A DNA stretch of 61,903 bases, counting the filler. It is 8 parts of 8 records of this genome, joined end to end, with 100 filler letters (N's around TTAATTAATTAA, not from the genome) between each part and the next. Parts side by side here need not be neighbours in the genome. Positions count along the whole stretch, not along the records: positions 56,670 to 61,903 come from SRR31156797_39251; 7 more parts are not named here. One strand, written 5' to 3'. Made by a program: the position numbers and the translations under genes. The stretch's first letter is position 1, and each line of letters begins with the position of its first letter. The notes below the pieces were generated by a model. That model did no database searches. It saw nothing but the letters and a program-made list of their open reading frames with translations, and was not told the origin of the DNA. Of this stretch, positions 59,012-61,903 are shown in pieces.

Positions 59012-61903
59012 ATGTCTCAAAATGAAGAAGCTGTAGTAAAATCAATTCTCAAATCATTCGTCTCAGACACCGTCCCGGAGTATATTCTGGATGGCGCGCG
59101 CAATATCGTGAATTCTGACGGGGTCCAGAAACTCGACCTGAAAAAGCGCGAAAGATACTGGGACATTGACGCCACAATCCAAGGCGACGATTTTCAAAAC
59201 TACTCACCTGAGTTAGGTCTCAACCTTGCAGAGGAAAGCATCAACCATTATTGCAACTGCCCGGAGTCTTTTTCCGGTGTATGTAAGCATGTAGGTGCTG
59301 CTGCACTCAAACTGCTCCTCTCTCTTGATTCAGAAGAGGAGGAAGCCGAAAGCAAAAAACAAATCGACTGGCGCCAGAATTTCCGTTCCTTCTTTGCAAC
59401 GGAGCTGGAGCCGGAAGCGGGCAAACATTACATTATTTACCGTATGTACCCTGAACCGGAGAGATTACAGGTGGCCTTTTTCCGGGCACGCCAGAACAAA
59501 TCCGGTCTTTCTCAGGTACAGAACGAAATTGAACTGCAAAATGTAATTGAAAAGCCGGAGTGGAGCGAAACCTCCCCCAGCCTGCCGCATGTTGCAGAAC
59601 AGATCGGTCACTACCTTGATTATCGCGGACACCGGGTGGAAATCCCCGCCGGGCTGCACGCGTGGTTCTTTACCGCCATCAAGGACGAATATTACATGTT
59701 CCTGCGCGATACGGATATTCCTATCCGCATTGAAAGCAGGACCATGCAACTCAAGCTTTCCCCGGAACTTTCCGAGGAAGGCCTCTCTTTCGACATCCTG
59801 CTCTCGGACGAAGGCAAACCGCCTTTCTCCATCATGGATGACGACGAAGTATTTTTCTACGGCAGATTGCCGCTTTGGGTTTACTGGAAGCAGGGTTTCT
59901 ACCCGGTCCAGACCACTCTTGCGCCTAAACTGGTGCAGGAAATGCGCATCCAGAATCCGGTTATCCCTCCCGGGGATATCCCGGAATTCCTTGACCGTGT
60001 CTGGACTCAGATTCCGGTTTCCGACCTGCACGACCATGAAGAATTCCTTGAGAAGATGCAGCCGTTCTTTGTTCCGGCTACCTTCAACCCCAAGCTCTAC
60101 CTCAACGAGGAAGGATCGCTGCTGACCATCAGAGTCGACAACACCTACGATACCGAGCATGGGGAAATCTCCATGGGCGAACCAAACCCGGACCTGCAAA
60201 CCGGAAGTTACAAGGATGGAGAGAAATCCTACCTTGTACGCCGTGCACAAGACGAGGAAGCCCAGCTCTTTGCTGAGCTTCGCGACATGGGTTTCCAGCC
60301 GCGTAACAATTCCATCTGGTTCATGGAACAGGAAGCTGCCATCACCTTCCTGCTGGACCATTATCCTCAGCTGGTTGAAGCCTACAGAATCTACGGAGAA
60401 AAGAACCTGACCCGCTACAAGGTAAGGCTTACCAATCCGCAGATTGTTGCTGAAGTCGAAACCGATGAAGACAACAAGTGGTTCAACCTCGACATCAACG
60501 TTGAGTACGATGACCAGCGCGTACCCATTGAAAAAATCTGGGAAGCGTGGAGTCAGGGCAAACGTTACGTTCAGCTCAAAGACGGTTCTTACACAAGTCT
60601 GCCCGAATCATGGCTCAAAAAGCTCAGCCACAAGCTCAAAGCTCTTGGCTACGATCCGGAACAGCCTCCGCGCCAGCAGTTCGAGCAGTATGAAACACCT
60701 GTGCTGGATAAGATCATCGAAGACCTTCCCGACGCCAAGACTGACGAACATTTCGTGAAGCTGCGTGAGAAGATCCATAATTTCGACGAAATCAAGATGA
60801 TCAACCAGCCCAAGGCACTGAATGCCACCCTGCGCCCCTATCAGGTTCAGGGCCTCAGTTACCTGAACTTCCTGCGCGATTATAAGTTCGGCGGTATCCT
60901 TGCGGATGAAATGGGTCTCGGTAAAACAATTCAGACCCTGTCCTTCATCCTTTCCCTGCACGAGCGGGGCATTACCGGGCCGAACCTGATCATCGTGCCC
61001 ACTTCAGTTATGCCTAACTGGGAACGTGAAGCACAAAAATTCTGCCCGCAACTGCCTCTTTTGACCATTTACGGGTCAAGACGCGAAGACCTGTTCAAGA
61101 AAATTCCGGATTCCACAATCGTAATCACCACTTACGCATTGCTGCGTCGGGACCTTGAAGAGCTGCTCAAGCACGAATATACTTCCGTGATTCTTGACGA
61201 AGCCCAGAATATCAAAAACCCGAACACCATCACTGCCAAGTCTGTTCGTAAACTCAAGAGTGATATGCGCCTCTGCCTTTCCGGTACGCCCATTGAAAAC
61301 AACCTCTTTGAGCTTTGGTCCCTGTTCGAGTTCCTCATGCCCGGCTTCCTCAGTTCACAGCATTCTTTCCAGAGGGGCATCGTCAAACCCATCAAGGATG
61401 GCGACGAAGACACCCTCAACTATCTACGCACAAGGGTGAAACCATTCATCCTGCGCCGAACTAAGTCCGAAGTGGCCAAGGATCTGCCGCCCAAGATTGA
61501 GACCGTCCATTACTGCGATCTCATCGAGGAACAGCGCGAGCTATACAACGCCCTTGCCAAGCGCCTCAAAGATCAGGTGCTCAGGGATGTGGATGAGAAA
61601 GGTATGGCTAAGAGCCAGATGTCCATCCTCGACGCATTGCTCAAACTGCGCCAGATCTGCTGCCACCCGCGTCTGCTCAAGCTGGATATGCCCGGCCTGT
61701 CAACTAATCTGCCTTCCGGTAAATTCGATGCTTTCAAAGACCTGATCTTTGATATTGTCGAAGGCGGGCACAAGGTACTGGTCTTCTCCCAATTCGTACA
61801 GATGCTGCATGTAATCCGTTCATGGCTGACCATTAAGGATATCCCCTTCACCTACCTCGACGGCTCCAGTAAAGACCGTTTCGAGCAGGTGGACAAATTC
61901 AAC
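59012..61903 (+). CDS. SWIM zinc-finger SNF2-family helicase, 3'-truncated
   Basis: Hand-read from ATG 59012 (absent from the ORF track because it has no stop in the window): CNC..CKH SWIM, LRPYQ, ILADEMGLGKT, ILDEAQNIKN, LSGTPIEN, LRQICCHP, LVFSQF. Confidence 0.92.
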   Translation, partial: MSQNEEAVVKSILKSFVSDTVPEYILDGARNIVNSDGVQKLDLKKRERYWDIDATIQGDDFQNYSPELGLNLAEESINHYCNCPESFSGVCKHVGAAALKLLLSLDSEEEEAESKKQIDWRQNFRSFFATELEPEAGKHYIIYRMYPEPERLQVAFFRARQNKSGLSQVQNEIELQNVIEKPEWSETSPSLPHVAEQIGHYLDYRGHRVEIPAGLHAWFFTAIKDEYYMFLRDTDIPIRIESRTMQLKLSPELSEEGLSFDILLSDEGKPPFSIMDDDEVFFYGRLPLWVYWKQGFYPVQTTLAPKLVQEMRIQNPVIPPGDIPEFLDRVWTQIPVSDLHDHEEFLEKMQPFFVPATFNPKLYLNEEGSLLTIRVDNTYDTEHGEISMGEPNPDLQTGSYKDGEKSYLVRRAQDEEAQLFAELRDMGFQPRNNSIWFMEQEAAITFLLDHYPQLVEAYRIYGEKNLTRYKVRLTNPQIVAEVETDEDNKWFNLDINVEYDDQRVPIEKIWEAWSQGKRYVQLKDGSYTSLPESWLKKLSHKLKALGYDPEQPPRQQFEQYETPVLDKIIEDLPDAKTDEHFVKLREKIHNFDEIKMINQPKALNATLRPYQVQGLSYLNFLRDYKFGGILADEMGLGKTIQTLSFILSLHERGITGPNLIIVPTSVMPNWEREAQKFCPQLPLLTIYGSRREDLFKKIPDSTIVITTYALLRRDLEELLKHEYTSVILDEAQNIKNPNTITAKSVRKLKSDMRLCLSGTPIENNLFELWSLFEFLMPGFLSSQHSFQRGIVKPIKDGDEDTLNYLRTRVKPFILRRTKSEVAKDLPPKIETVHYCDLIEEQRELYNALAKRLKDQVLRDVDEKGMAKSQMSILDALLKLRQICCHPRLLKLDMPGLSTNLPSGKFDAFKDLIFDIVEGGHKVLVFSQFVQMLHVIRSWLTIKDIPFTYLDGSSKDRFEQVDKFN

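Noticed and set aside
59295-61851. Short ORFs listed in the track over this span
   Set aside because: Shadows of the single SNF2 helicase frame starting at 59012.

Overview
The window is not one locus. It is eight unrelated metagenomic contigs joined by 100-nt N spacers that carry a TTAATTAATTAA all-frame-stop linker (6756-6855, 18667-18766, 25792-25891, 35370-35469, 41203-41302, 48619-48718, 56570-56669). Taxon labels below are impressions from gene content and style, not computed. (1) 1-6755, Desulfobacterales-like: Yej-type peptide ABC transporter and a REC-PAS-histidine kinase. (2) 6856-18666: sigma54-controlled sulfur-amino-acid catabolic cluster (two enhancer-binding proteins, transporter, PatB/MalY C-S lyase, trans-sulfuration gamma-lyase, four-subunit 2-oxoacid:ferredoxin oxidoreductase, RidA) next to a kduI fragment. 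(3) 18767-25791: ComF, GWxTD protein, SMC, HIT, ASCH-like protein. (4) 25892-35369: AT-rich phage structural/lysis region whose genes mostly lack Shine-Dalgarno sites. (5) 35470-41202: acs-E1alpha-E1beta-E2-ACP operon. (6) 41303-48618: four tandem orphan MacB-like permeases with REP-like hairpins. (7) 48719-56569, Bacteroidota: ispE, TPR-LuxR regulator, T9SS cargo protein and a 1280-aa repetitive fibre with an intramolecular-chaperone-like C-terminus. (8) 56670-61903, Desulfovibrio-like: relA/spoT, peptide-binding protein, SWIM-SNF2 helicase. The best novelty candidates are in the phage contig. One is an apparently circularly permuted M23 endolysin. The other, directly upstream, is a self-contained cassette: promoter, leader and terminator, then four translationally coupled micro-ORFs, two of them paralogous Cys4 mini-proteins whose conserved WKE codons double as the next gene's ribosome-binding site. 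The ACP-linked PDH-like operon and the sulfur-amino-acid cluster come next.
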